Below, piece by piece: positions 54,901-62,084 of a stretch of DNA of 64,000 nt (position 1 is its first letter; every line of letters starts with the position of its first letter). Both the position numbers and the translations under genes were made by a program. The notes beneath the pieces were generated by a model, which did no database searches, had not been told where the DNA came from, and worked only from the letters and a program-made list of their open reading frames with translations. Source of the DNA: an uncultured Polaribacter sp. (GTDB lineage: Bacteria > Bacteroidota > Bacteroidia > Flavobacteriales > Schleiferiaceae); NCBI GenBank assembly GCA_964397915.1, contig CAYNLA010000001.1, positions 7,542 to 71,541 on the forward strand, read 5' to 3'.

Positions 54901-54949
54901 ACACGATTCCATAGCGCAAGCTGTAATAACTGTGCGTATTCAATAGCAT
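51902..54949 (-). CDS. dnaE2: error-prone DNA polymerase III alpha-subunit paralog (DnaE2-type)
   Basis: PHP N-terminus LNTHSYYSLRYG, Pol III alpha core (GRGSGANSIVAYLL, FDLDF) and OB domain; 1015 aa. It lies in an operon with a Y-family polymerase and an S24 repressor. Confidence 0.85.
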   Translation of the reverse strand: MLLNTHSYYSLRYGIVSPKEWIKFFEDQPWPVMALTDINNTSACMTVLHLMRNHPNKRPVVGVDFRNGTRQCYVMLARNWEGMREINDHLSWHLHHSVKFPQRPDRKTLANTWIIYPTSSDIDLKDLANNECIGITPSEVPSLPFRKWKDAKHKLVAFPTASFRGKRDHNAHRLLRAIDENTLLSKLSKEAQGSIDDLYLEDHALREAYASAPELLRNAAQILQDCKMTLPEDAALNLQTYSGSREKDLKLLRKLCYDGLPYRYPQSDFKVKERIEKELDLIAQKNFVSYFLINWDIVNYAQKRGYFYVGRGSGANSIVAYLLKITDVDPIALDLYFERFINLHRTSPPDFDLDFSWRDREDITQYIFKRFPHTSLLATYNTFQYKSVVRELGKVFGLPKHEIDKLSKGNFSSGSLDQLSHLVLRYSTYIQGFPSHLSIHAGGILIAQQSLHYHSATFMPPKGFPTVQFDMIIAEDIGLHKFDILSQRGLSKIQDTLAIVAKNKPDRPFIDIRDLRRFKEDEAIKNLLRNGLAMGCFYVESPAMRMLLKKLKVDTYLGLVAASSIIRPGVSNSGMMREYILRFTDPERRKDAHPVMLEIMPDTFGVMVYQEDVIKVAHYFAGLSLGEADVLRRGMSGKFRSRREFQNVENQYFKNCRERGYSEELSREIWRQIESFAGYAFAKGHSASYAVESYQSLYLKAHYPLEYMVAVINNFGGFYRTEFYVHEARRNGGQIEAPCVQYGDYPTVIQGNTIYLGFVLLRSLDEKIGVYIGREREEGGPFMDLADFIDRVPVGIEQISLLIRIGALRFTGKSKQTLLWEAHHMLRGRNTKEVIAAPPSLFKGNQQPHDYKIPILQQSSLEEAFDQIELLGFPLCDPFELADEPLENGTMARELPDKLGHFVISYGYLVTVKDTKTIKGDRMNFATFVDQEGEFLDSVHFPNIAAQFPFRGKGIYRVQGRVVEEFGFFSIEASALYKVAMVPDPRYEDTMAREKDNYSKTSTTMKRGRKSAESA

Positions 54950-54964
54950 TTCCCCTACCCGATT

Positions 54965-55774
54965 TTAGAATCCTAAGTCCAGTTTTCGTTGGCGTGCTTG
55001 GGTCATTCCCATGCCTTGTAAAGACAGGTGTGAATAGATCTCGTAATCATATTCCGGAACTAGACGCTCCCCTATGGGCTTCAAGAGTTCAGGACCATTA
55101 GCGCTTGGGCTTTTAATGGCTGCAGAGATGGGATACGCATTGAGTTCTTCCGAGGGGTATGGATTTAACAGGTCTGTGATTTCTGCCAGCGGAATGGATG
55201 GGTTCAACCAGATTTGCTCGTCCTCTTCTTGAAGAATTACGGGCGATCGGTGGTGATCTATGGCTGCCGTGATTTTGTTCTGAACGGTTGTAATGATGGC
55301 ATAGCTATCTATGATTTCGCCAGTATCCGGATTTACCCACGAATCGTAAATACCTGCAAAGGCAAAAGGCGCTCCATCTCTTTTGTAGACTACATAGGGT
55401 TTTGAGAGGCGTTCCTTTTGAGGTCCTTCGATAAACGCATCTGCAAGAACTAAACAGCGCTTTGAGCGAATGCTCTGACGAAATGCGGGCTTAGTCGTAA
55501 TGCCTTTTGCACCGCGATAGGCCGGATCATTCTCCGAATTGTGGTCTCCTTCAGAGCGGGCATTGAACAGATGGAACGGCTTCTTAGCCCAATACGGGGT
55601 AAAGCCGAAGCGGTAATGCTTAATGGTCCCTGGGTGCTCCTGGGTGATTACAGCGCCTAAATCACCAATGCTCGTGTTTGTATTAGGTGCATAGAGATCC
55701 GGGCGCTCTACGATAGCACTGAAGCGCTTTTCTACTGCTTTAATCTTACTGATATTGACGTATCTGCCACACAT
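54965..55774 (-). CDS. SOS response-associated peptidase (SRAP/YedK-like abasic-site processing protein)
   Basis: Catalytic N-terminus MCGRY, NARSE, HHRSPVIL; 269 aa. The C-terminus is ...QRKLDLGF. Confidence 0.88.
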   Translation of the reverse strand: MCGRYVNISKIKAVEKRFSAIVERPDLYAPNTNTSIGDLGAVITQEHPGTIKHYRFGFTPYWAKKPFHLFNARSEGDHNSENDPAYRGAKGITTKPAFRQSIRSKRCLVLADAFIEGPQKERLSKPYVVYKRDGAPFAFAGIYDSWVNPDTGEIIDSYAIITTVQNKITAAIDHHRSPVILQEEDEQIWLNPSIPLAEITDLLNPYPSEELNAYPISAAIKSPSANGPELLKPIGERLVPEYDYEIYSHLSLQGMGMTQARQRKLDLGF

Positions 55775-55803
55775 GGTACTCTTCTCTCTAAGTTAAATTC
55801 TTT

Positions 55804-57015
55804 TTACTGATGTCTGTTGGCCAATAGCGGCGGCGGTTCTCCATTGAAAGGATTGGTCCTTCCTATGGTCTTTGCGCCTAGTGAGACTGCTCGTAAAACA
55901 GAGCGATCGCCAAAGCGTTGACGAATGTGATCCATTGCACTGTAGAGTCTACTCAATTCCTCACTTTCTTCAAAGAGATTCATTTGGTAGCCACCGCCAA
56001 CCAAATGAGAACAGCGCACACCCACTAAGCGGACTAATAGCCGGCGGTCATAGAGACGCTTGAATAGTTCCTTCACCTTGGGAATGAGAATGTGGTCAGC
56101 TGCGGTATACGGAATACGCGCTTGTAGCGTATGGGTATTAAAGTCTGAATAACGGATTTTAACCGTGATGCAAGACGTGAGTTTATCGCCTCTACGCAGC
56201 TGGTAAGCCAAATTTTCCGCCATGGCTACTATGATTCCTTCGAGTTTGACCACATCAATGGTATCCTTGGCAAAGGTTCGTTCGGTAGAGATGCTCTTTC
56301 GCTCTTGATACGGTACCACAGGACTTTGATCGACACCTTGTGCTTTGTGCCAGATTACCGATCCATGTTTCCCCATCACACTTTGCATCATCTCCAAGGG
56401 CATTTCCTGAAGCGTCTGTATGCGTCGTACCCCAAGATTTCGAAGCGTTTGGTACGTCTTCTCTCCCACCATAGGTATTTTTCGCACTGATAAGGGCGCC
56501 AAAAACGGGCGTTCTAAGCCTTTTTGGATGTAAATCTTATTATTGGGTTTCGCCTCGCCGGTTGCGACTTTACTAACGGTTTTATTTCCAGAAAGGCCGA
56601 AACTGATCGGCAGTCCGGTTTCTCGAATGACCTTATCTCGAAGTTCACTAGCAAACTTGAAGTTGCCGAAGAATCGATCCATGCCTGTGAGATCCACATA
56701 GAACTCATCCACAGAGGTTTTCTCGTAGACCGGTACATCCTCTTTGATCACATCTGTGACCAGGTTGGAGTACTTGCTGTAGTTGGCCGAATTTCCACGA
56801 ATCACAATGGCTTCAGGACAAAGGTCTTTTGCCATTCGCATGGGCATGGCAGAGTGCACACCGAATTTTCGTGTTTCATAGCTGCACGCAGCCACTACTC
56901 CACGATCACCAGTTCCTCCAATAATAATAGGTTTTCCCATGAGACGCGTATCCATAAGACGCTCTACAGAAACAAAGAATGTATCTAAATCCAGATGAAG
57001 GATGGAACGGTCCAT
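55804..57015 (-). CDS. dinB: Y-family DNA polymerase IV with intact catalytic residues
   Basis: ILHLDLDTFFVSVE, AACSYETRKFGV and SVDEFYVDLT carry the catalytic D/E triad. ATG at 57015 (MDRSILHLD) preferred; the longer ORF starts at 57048. Confidence 0.88.
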   Translation of the reverse strand: MDRSILHLDLDTFFVSVERLMDTRLMGKPIIIGGTGDRGVVAACSYETRKFGVHSAMPMRMAKDLCPEAIVIRGNSANYSKYSNLVTDVIKEDVPVYEKTSVDEFYVDLTGMDRFFGNFKFASELRDKVIRETGLPISFGLSGNKTVSKVATGEAKPNNKIYIQKGLERPFLAPLSVRKIPMVGEKTYQTLRNLGVRRIQTLQEMPLEMMQSVMGKHGSVIWHKAQGVDQSPVVPYQERKSISTERTFAKDTIDVVKLEGIIVAMAENLAYQLRRGDKLTSCITVKIRYSDFNTHTLQARIPYTAADHILIPKVKELFKRLYDRRLLVRLVGVRCSHLVGGGYQMNLFEESEELSRLYSAMDHIRQRFGDRSVLRAVSLGAKTIGRTNPFNGEPPPLLANRHQ

Positions 57016-57051
57016 GAGTGGGTATTTATGAGTTTTAGGGGTGTTCACAGC

Positions 57052-57083
57052 CTATTTGAGCGGCCCTTGGGCCGCTCAAATAG
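57052..57083 (-). promoter_or_regulatory. perfect 14-bp-stem hairpin between the repressor gene and dinB (attenuator/terminator or operator)
   Basis: CTATTTGAGCGGCC(57052-57065)-CTTG-GGCCGCTCAAATAG(57070-57083). It begins 22 nt after the repressor stop. There is no U-tract on the minus strand. Confidence 0.5.
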
Positions 57084-57105
57084 CAATGCTTGTATGTATT
57101 TTTTT

Positions 57106-57888
57106 CTAGTTGTCCTTGAGCGTACTCATCTCCTTGCGCAGGTCTGCGACCATATGCATAAGCTGAGACATCTCTTGATTTGTACCCGCTGCCGGAAGCT
57201 CGAAACAAGTGTAGCCAACGGCTTTCCAAGCTTCTACAAGTCGATCAACAGGTACGGTATACGGTGCAAATTGCGGGTTATCGGATTTGAGCATTAGCTC
57301 ACCAACGTGGAGGTTGTTAATTACACGCTTGTACACAACACCTTCATCCTTAGTAATGAGTACATAACAATCGTCATTACGGATGGATTTCCAGTCTTGA
57401 ACATATTCCGTGATTACATACGAACCCGGTTTAATGGGAAGCATGCTCTCTCCACGAATTTGGAAAACGCGGTAGGTACGGTCTTGTGGAAGTTCAGGGA
57501 ACGGCATAGAGAAACGTGGCAACGCGCCTATGTAATCTGCATCTCCATACCCCGCTAAATATCCGGCAGAGGCCTTTACTGGAACCAAGGTTCCCAACTC
57601 TTTCTCATCTGTACCGTCTACAACCACAGGAAGAATGCGCAACTGTGCACCACTTACATCTGCTTTTGGAATAGATCCGCCGCCGGAAAGATCTTTGTTT
57701 ACGAAATCATCTAAGCGAACCTGGAAATACGCTGCAAGATGTTGCAAGGTGTGCAACCTAGGTTCCGCCCTACCTTCTTCATAGGCACCGATCATGGCAC
57801 GCTTTACTCCAATCTTTACCGCTAACTGCTCCTGCGTCAGCGCTTCTTTCTTTCGAAGAAACTTCAAATTGTTCTTTACGTAGTTCAT
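57106..57888 (-). CDS. CI-like HTH (XRE) + S24 peptidase repressor, non-canonical LexA type
   Basis: HTH LTQEQLAVKIGVKRAMIGAYEEG, candidate cleavage site ASAGY, catalytic Ser in RGESMLP and Lys in VVYKRV. ATG at 57888 (MNYVKNNL) preferred over 57915. Confidence 0.82.
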   Translation of the reverse strand: MNYVKNNLKFLRKKEALTQEQLAVKIGVKRAMIGAYEEGRAEPRLHTLQHLAAYFQVRLDDFVNKDLSGGGSIPKADVSGAQLRILPVVVDGTDEKELGTLVPVKASAGYLAGYGDADYIGALPRFSMPFPELPQDRTYRVFQIRGESMLPIKPGSYVITEYVQDWKSIRNDDCYVLITKDEGVVYKRVINNLHVGELMLKSDNPQFAPYTVPVDRLVEAWKAVGYTCFELPAAGTNQEMSQLMHMVADLRKEMSTLKDN

Positions 57889-57948
57889 ACAGCGTATCTT
57901 TAAAAACCAAGGCACAGCATGCCCTGTTGATTTACAATGCTAATTTAG

Positions 57949-57960
57949 TTAGAATTCTAA
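57949..57960. promoter_or_regulatory. perfect 12-bp palindrome in the divergent promoter region; candidate repressor operator
   Basis: TTAGAATTCTAA is its own reverse complement. It lies 60 nt upstream of the repressor ATG at 57888 and 33 nt upstream of the GTG at 57994. Confidence 0.35.
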
Positions 57961-57993
57961 TATTTTCATCATTCGCTCTGTTATTTTTTTGAC

Positions 57994-58530
57994 GTGGAGT
58001 TAAAAAAGGTCTTAAATACCTGTACTGTTGCTAAGGACGAGATATATGCCCGATGGATAGAAGCTGCCATTACGGAAGAAAAAGTATTGCATGCTGTTGT
58101 GGAACTAGCCTTTGGCGGTACGGAACGAGAACGCACTAGAGCTTGCTGGATTTTGCATCATATCGGGGATCGGAAGCCAAAATTGTTGAATGTATTTGTT
58201 CCACGAATGATCGAACAATTGGACCATAGCACCACAGATGCCGAGGTCCGATTCATTTTGCGCTACTTCGCTACCCAAGAACTTCCAGAGCGCGAAAGCG
58301 ATAAGGGCCTATTATTGGATTACAGTTGGAACTGCATGACCAACCAAAAGGCTGCAATCGCACCGCGGGTCTATGCTATGACTATTGCGTATAAGATGTG
58401 TGGAGAGCACCCGGAATTGGCCCAAGAATTGGCGCAAACCATTGAAAACGTTGTAGAATACGGCAGTGCAGGTATGAAAAACCGCGGAGGCAAAATCATA
58501 CAATGGCTGCGAAAAGATGGGCTACTCTAA
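57994..58530 (+). CDS. hypothetical all-alpha protein (possibly HEAT/ARM-like)
   Basis: 178-aa ORF with a GTG start, helical-repeat-looking sequence (ACWILHHIGDRKPKLLNVFVPRMIEQL). It is divergent from the S24 repressor. No family assigned. Confidence 0.45.
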   Translation: MELKKVLNTCTVAKDEIYARWIEAAITEEKVLHAVVELAFGGTERERTRACWILHHIGDRKPKLLNVFVPRMIEQLDHSTTDAEVRFILRYFATQELPERESDKGLLLDYSWNCMTNQKAAIAPRVYAMTIAYKMCGEHPELAQELAQTIENVVEYGSAGMKNRGGKIIQWLRKDGLL

Positions 58531-59748
58531 GGGGTAACCGGCCATGGCATTGCCCGCAAGAAAGCCACCAGTCCAAGCCGCTTGGAAGTTGAATCCACCA
58601 GTAATGCCATCGATATCAAGGATTTCACCGGCCAAATAGAGGTTCGGACACAGGCGACTTTGGAACGTTTTAAAATCTACTTCTTTTAGATCCACCCCTC
58701 CTGCTGTCACAAATTCTTCTTTGAAAGTCGATTTGCCGGAGACTTGGAATACTGCACTGGTCAACTCGGTGCAAAGATCCTTGAGGTGCTTGTTGCTCAA
58801 ATCGCCCCAAGTTGCTGTGTTCTTAATCCCTGCAGCCTCAACCATCGATTTCCAAAGGCGCAATGGCATTCCAAACATGGCGTGGTTGCCAATTCTTTTC
58901 TTCCCATTATCCTTCTTTTCGTCATTTAGCTCAGCTAATACGAGATCCTCATCCCTACCAACCCAATTAATCAAAATCGGGAATCGGTAGAATCGATCGC
59001 TCAACTCGCGCGCACCCCAAGCGCTCAAACGCAATACGGCCGGGCCTGAAAGTCCCCAATGTGTAATGAGTAAAGGACCGGAAGCCTCCAAGTCCGAAGC
59101 GGCAATCTGAACAGTTGCATTGGGCACACTAATGCCACTGAGCCCCTTGATACGTGGGTCTTTAATGTTGAATGTGAAGAGCGATGGCACAGGTTCAATA
59201 ATCTTATGACCTATCTTTTTGAGGTTATCCCACATCATTTTCGACGAACCGGCGGCAATCATTACCGCATCCGCCTCATAGGTCCTTCCATCATTAGTTT
59301 TTACCTCCCAAGTACCGTCATCATTGGGTTGAAATGATTTCACTCCGGAAGATGTAAGCACAGCTATTCCATTGGATTCCGCCATATCAAGCAGACAATC
59401 GATAATGGTTTGAGAAGAATCGGTCACTGGAAATACGCGGTTGTCCGATTCAATTTTCAGCTCCACACCACGGTCGGCGAACCACTCCATGGTGTCGCCT
59501 GGTTGAAATTTGTGAAACGGGCCTAAGAGTTCGCGACTGCCACGTGGATAAAAAGTAACCAGCTCTCGAGGGTCAAAACATGCATGGGTAACGTTGCAGC
59601 GACCGCCACCGCTGATCAATACCTTACCAAGGACATCCTTTCCCTTTTCCAGTAAGATGATTTCGGCTTCAGGATTTGCTTCTGCACAAGCTATGGCAGC
59701 AAAATAGCCCGCTGCACCACCACCAATAATAACCACTCGTTTTTCCAT
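58522..59748 (-). CDS. NAD(P)/FAD-dependent oxidoreductase, HI0933/BaiN-like flavoprotein
   Basis: VVIIGGGAAGYFAAIACAE...GGGRCNVTH...C-terminal LYLAGEILDIDGITGGFNFQ. Confidence 0.85.
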   Translation of the reverse strand: MEKRVVIIGGGAAGYFAAIACAEANPEAEIILLEKGKDVLGKVLISGGGRCNVTHACFDPRELVTFYPRGSRELLGPFHKFQPGDTMEWFADRGVELKIESDNRVFPVTDSSQTIIDCLLDMAESNGIAVLTSSGVKSFQPNDDGTWEVKTNDGRTYEADAVMIAAGSSKMMWDNLKKIGHKIIEPVPSLFTFNIKDPRIKGLSGISVPNATVQIAASDLEASGPLLITHWGLSGPAVLRLSAWGARELSDRFYRFPILINWVGRDEDLVLAELNDEKKDNGKKRIGNHAMFGMPLRLWKSMVEAAGIKNTATWGDLSNKHLKDLCTELTSAVFQVSGKSTFKEEFVTAGGVDLKEVDFKTFQSRLCPNLYLAGEILDIDGITGGFNFQAAWTGGFLAGNAMAGYPLE

Positions 59749-59752
59749 TCCG

Positions 59753-59760
59753 CAAAATTA
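59753..59760 (-). promoter_or_regulatory. Bacteroidota -7 box (TAnnTTTG) for the flavoprotein gene; leaderless geometry
   Basis: The minus strand reads TAATTTTG, ending 4 nt before the ATG at 59748. Confidence 0.4.
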
Positions 59761-59806
59761 CATCAATAAAGCCTTTAACAATGATGTCTAAAAAATAACA
59801 AAGCGG

Positions 59807-59814
59807 TAATTTTG
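59807..59814 (+). promoter_or_regulatory. Bacteroidota -7 box (TAnnTTTG) for the ACT-like gene
   Basis: TAATTTTG, 20 nt upstream of the ATG at 59835. It forms a 10-bp inverted repeat with the box at 59753-59760. Confidence 0.4.
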
Positions 59815-59834
59815 CAACGAAATACTGCAATACG

Positions 59835-60494
59835 ATGAATTTACGTGAAGCCTTAGAGGAATGCCTGCGCAAACGCCCTTTCATTGAAGAGGCCCTACAA
59901 GAAGACCTCATTAATCTTAGTTCTTTAGCTCGAGCAATCCGACCAGATATTGAACGACTCATAGGCAAAGAAATCAAGGAAAGCGCCGTAGTCATGGCCA
60001 TTCGACGCCGTGAGCCTCGTTTACAACTTAAAATGCAGCACAAACTGCAACAGTTCATCGCATCCCTTGGAGACATTATTGTGCGATCAAACCTAGTTGC
60101 CTACACCTACAAGAAAACACCCGCCCTCACTGCAAAACAAGCCGTATTTCTGGATGCCATCCAAGGCAAACCTTCGGGTTTCCACAGTTTTACTGGCGGT
60201 ATGGAAGAGACCACGGTGGTCGTAAGCGAAGATTATTCGACCGATTTGGAGTTGGCCATGCAAGGCGAGCAACAACTCAGTGTTGCCAAAGACCTGAGCT
60301 CAATCACATTGCGATTGCCAACCAGTAGCTCAGAGGTCATTGGACTGTACTATTTCTTCTTTAAACACATCGCTTCGGCAGGTGTGCCGATTAAAGAAAT
60401 TATCTCAACTACGAACGAAGCAACCTTCATCGTGCACAATGATGATGTGAACGCGGCATTCTCTACCATCAATACCATTAAGCGCGCCACTTAA
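59835..60494 (+). CDS. hypothetical protein with C-terminal ACT-like domain
   Basis: C-terminal LSSITLRLP...VIGLYYFFFKHIASAGVPIKEIISTTNEATFIVHNDD resembles an ACT fold. The N-terminal part is unassigned. Confidence 0.5.
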   Translation: MNLREALEECLRKRPFIEEALQEDLINLSSLARAIRPDIERLIGKEIKESAVVMAIRRREPRLQLKMQHKLQQFIASLGDIIVRSNLVAYTYKKTPALTAKQAVFLDAIQGKPSGFHSFTGGMEETTVVVSEDYSTDLELAMQGEQQLSVAKDLSSITLRLPTSSSEVIGLYYFFFKHIASAGVPIKEIISTTNEATFIVHNDDVNAAFSTINTIKRAT

Positions 60495-60581
60495 CTGTGA
60501 ATAACTGATACTTATTCCGCTTTCTTGGTTTTCCAATTCGACCGCCCCAATTTCTTGGGACTAATCTAAATTTCTAATAAA

Positions 60582-60920
60582 ATGGAAAATCAAGTTCAAC
60601 TCATTGGAAACTTGGGAATGGATCCCGAGTCAAAACAAATCAGTGATTCACTAAAAGCCTCGTTCACACTGGCGACCAACACGGTCTATCGCGACAGTGA
60701 TGGCAACAAAAAAACCATGACCGACTGGCACAACGTCGTCGCTTGGGGTGGTCTTGCCCAAACCATCGCCCAATACGTTAAAAAGGGTGATAAAATTGGA
60801 ATCGCAGGCCGATTAGTTACTCGTTCATACGAGGACGAAAAAGGCACCAAGAAGTACTATACAGAAGTAATTGCGAAGGATTTGCTCATGCTCGGGTCGA
60901 AGCGCAGTGAAAAAAACTGA
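60582..60920 (+). CDS. ssb: single-stranded DNA-binding protein, OB fold only, no acidic C-terminal tip
   Basis: VQLIGNLGMDPE...TDWHNVVAWGGLAQ...KGDKIGIAGRLVTRSYEDEKGTKKYYTEVIA. It ends ...GSKRSEKN without a D-D-(I/L)-P-F type tail. Confidence 0.85.
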   Translation: MENQVQLIGNLGMDPESKQISDSLKASFTLATNTVYRDSDGNKKTMTDWHNVVAWGGLAQTIAQYVKKGDKIGIAGRLVTRSYEDEKGTKKYYTEVIAKDLLMLGSKRSEKN

Positions 60921-60926
60921 CCCCTC

Positions 60927-60955
60927 CCAACACCAGGCCTGTGGCCTGGTGTTGG
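60927..60955. terminator. bidirectional hairpin terminator between convergent ssb and the M14-like gene
   Basis: 13-bp perfect stem CCAACACCAGGCC(60927-60939)-TGT-GGCCTGGTGTTGG(60943-60955). It lies exactly between the two stop codons. The T-tract is weak. Confidence 0.65.
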
Positions 60956-62023
60956 TTATCCTTGACTTATAAGTTGTCCTTCCTCAAAAAGATAATCACC
61001 AAAAACACCCGTAACGGGCTTGTCTATTTGCAAGGGTTGCGTAAGGCCAATTGAAGTTCCATCCACTTCCTTCATTCGAGGGCGTGAAGCCAGGTCACCT
61101 AGATCATCCACGACATACAAAAGGCCCATAGCATGACCATTGACGTATTGGATGCGCTTAATAGCAACATCTACACGCATGTGTGCATACAACACATTAG
61201 TGAACACCAACTCTAACAAGCCGTTTTCATTCAGAGGAAGTGCATCATATGGCTCACTACCCCCTTCGTAACCTGCATTTAGGGTTTTTAATATGAGGTT
61301 CAAACCAAACGCACGGGCTTTCTTGCGATTGAAGTCGCCTACGGCCACTCCGCTTTCAATAAGAATGTTAGGAAGACCATTTGCCATGAGGTAATCGCCT
61401 ATGGCTGTTGGGTAAAATTCATCCGTATAGCGGCCTACACCCGCTAAATCTGTATTCATCGATACGAGTGCATTGCTCAGTCGTACCATGGTTTTCTTTC
61501 GTAACGGAGTTACAGCGCGACTTTTTTCAGCGCTTGGTACCAACAATGAAGTAAAGGCCGGAATTCCATCGGTATGGAAAATGGTACGTTGATCATGAAG
61601 GTTAAAACATAATTCTGGCTCATGCATCTTGATCCAACCGATGAGCTTTGCACTTTCAATGGTTTGAAATGCTCTGAAGTCGCGATTCAAATCTATACCG
61701 ATTCCGTTTCTTCTTGAATACCGAACGTAAGCATCAGGGTTCGCAACAGGCAATACATGCAGTGTGAATTCAGCTAAATCCAACTGTTTCTTTTGAAACA
61801 ATTCTACAAGTGCAAGGAGCATGAATATCCCAGTTGTTTCATTTCCGTGCATACCTGCCCAGATACAAATGGAACGCGGACCATTTCCCAGTTTCTTATA
61901 CAACAACGGTCGTTCCTCACTTGAGTAGCCTAGAATATCCCAATCAAAGGCTGTCCTGATCTTCTCATAGGTTATATACCACTCGTTTTGAGATAAATAA
62001 GTGCTATCGGATGTACTAAACAT
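60956..62023 (-). CDS. M14-like zinc hydrolase, succinylglutamate desuccinylase/aspartoacylase family
   Basis: Zn motif CIWAGMHGNETTG and second His region LHDQRT; 355 aa. Confidence 0.7.
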   Translation of the reverse strand: MFSTSDSTYLSQNEWYITYEKIRTAFDWDILGYSSEERPLLYKKLGNGPRSICIWAGMHGNETTGIFMLLALVELFQKKQLDLAEFTLHVLPVANPDAYVRYSRRNGIGIDLNRDFRAFQTIESAKLIGWIKMHEPELCFNLHDQRTIFHTDGIPAFTSLLVPSAEKSRAVTPLRKKTMVRLSNALVSMNTDLAGVGRYTDEFYPTAIGDYLMANGLPNILIESGVAVGDFNRKKARAFGLNLILKTLNAGYEGGSEPYDALPLNENGLLELVFTNVLYAHMRVDVAIKRIQYVNGHAMGLLYVVDDLGDLASRPRMKEVDGTSIGLTQPLQIDKPVTGVFGDYLFEEGQLISQG

Positions 62024-62084
62024 TCTTGTAGATTTATACTTGAAGTTACATCACATAACTGACTTTTACCCAAATACAATTCTT

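Noticed and set aside
56524-56988. 154-aa plus-strand ORF inside dinB, and similar long antisense ORFs (for example 47967-48416 and 49977-50372 in gyrA, 59669-60076, 32793-33110, 16575-16910).
   Set aside because: Each lies fully within, or antisense to, a gene with strong family motifs. Their sequences are low-complexity (Ser, Leu or Arg rich), and no independent start or promoter signals were seen.
51900-62023. The DNA-damage cassette and its right-hand neighbours looked more GC-rich than the rest, suggesting a horizontally acquired island.
   Set aside because: Spot counts of single 60-nt lines gave 27-34 G+C in this block (52021, 55021, 56221, 59041), against 16-25 in several other genes. 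However, a gyrA line (48001) gave 30. The variation overlaps, there is no integrase, tRNA or direct repeat at the borders, and a sliding-window GC and codon analysis is needed before claiming an island.
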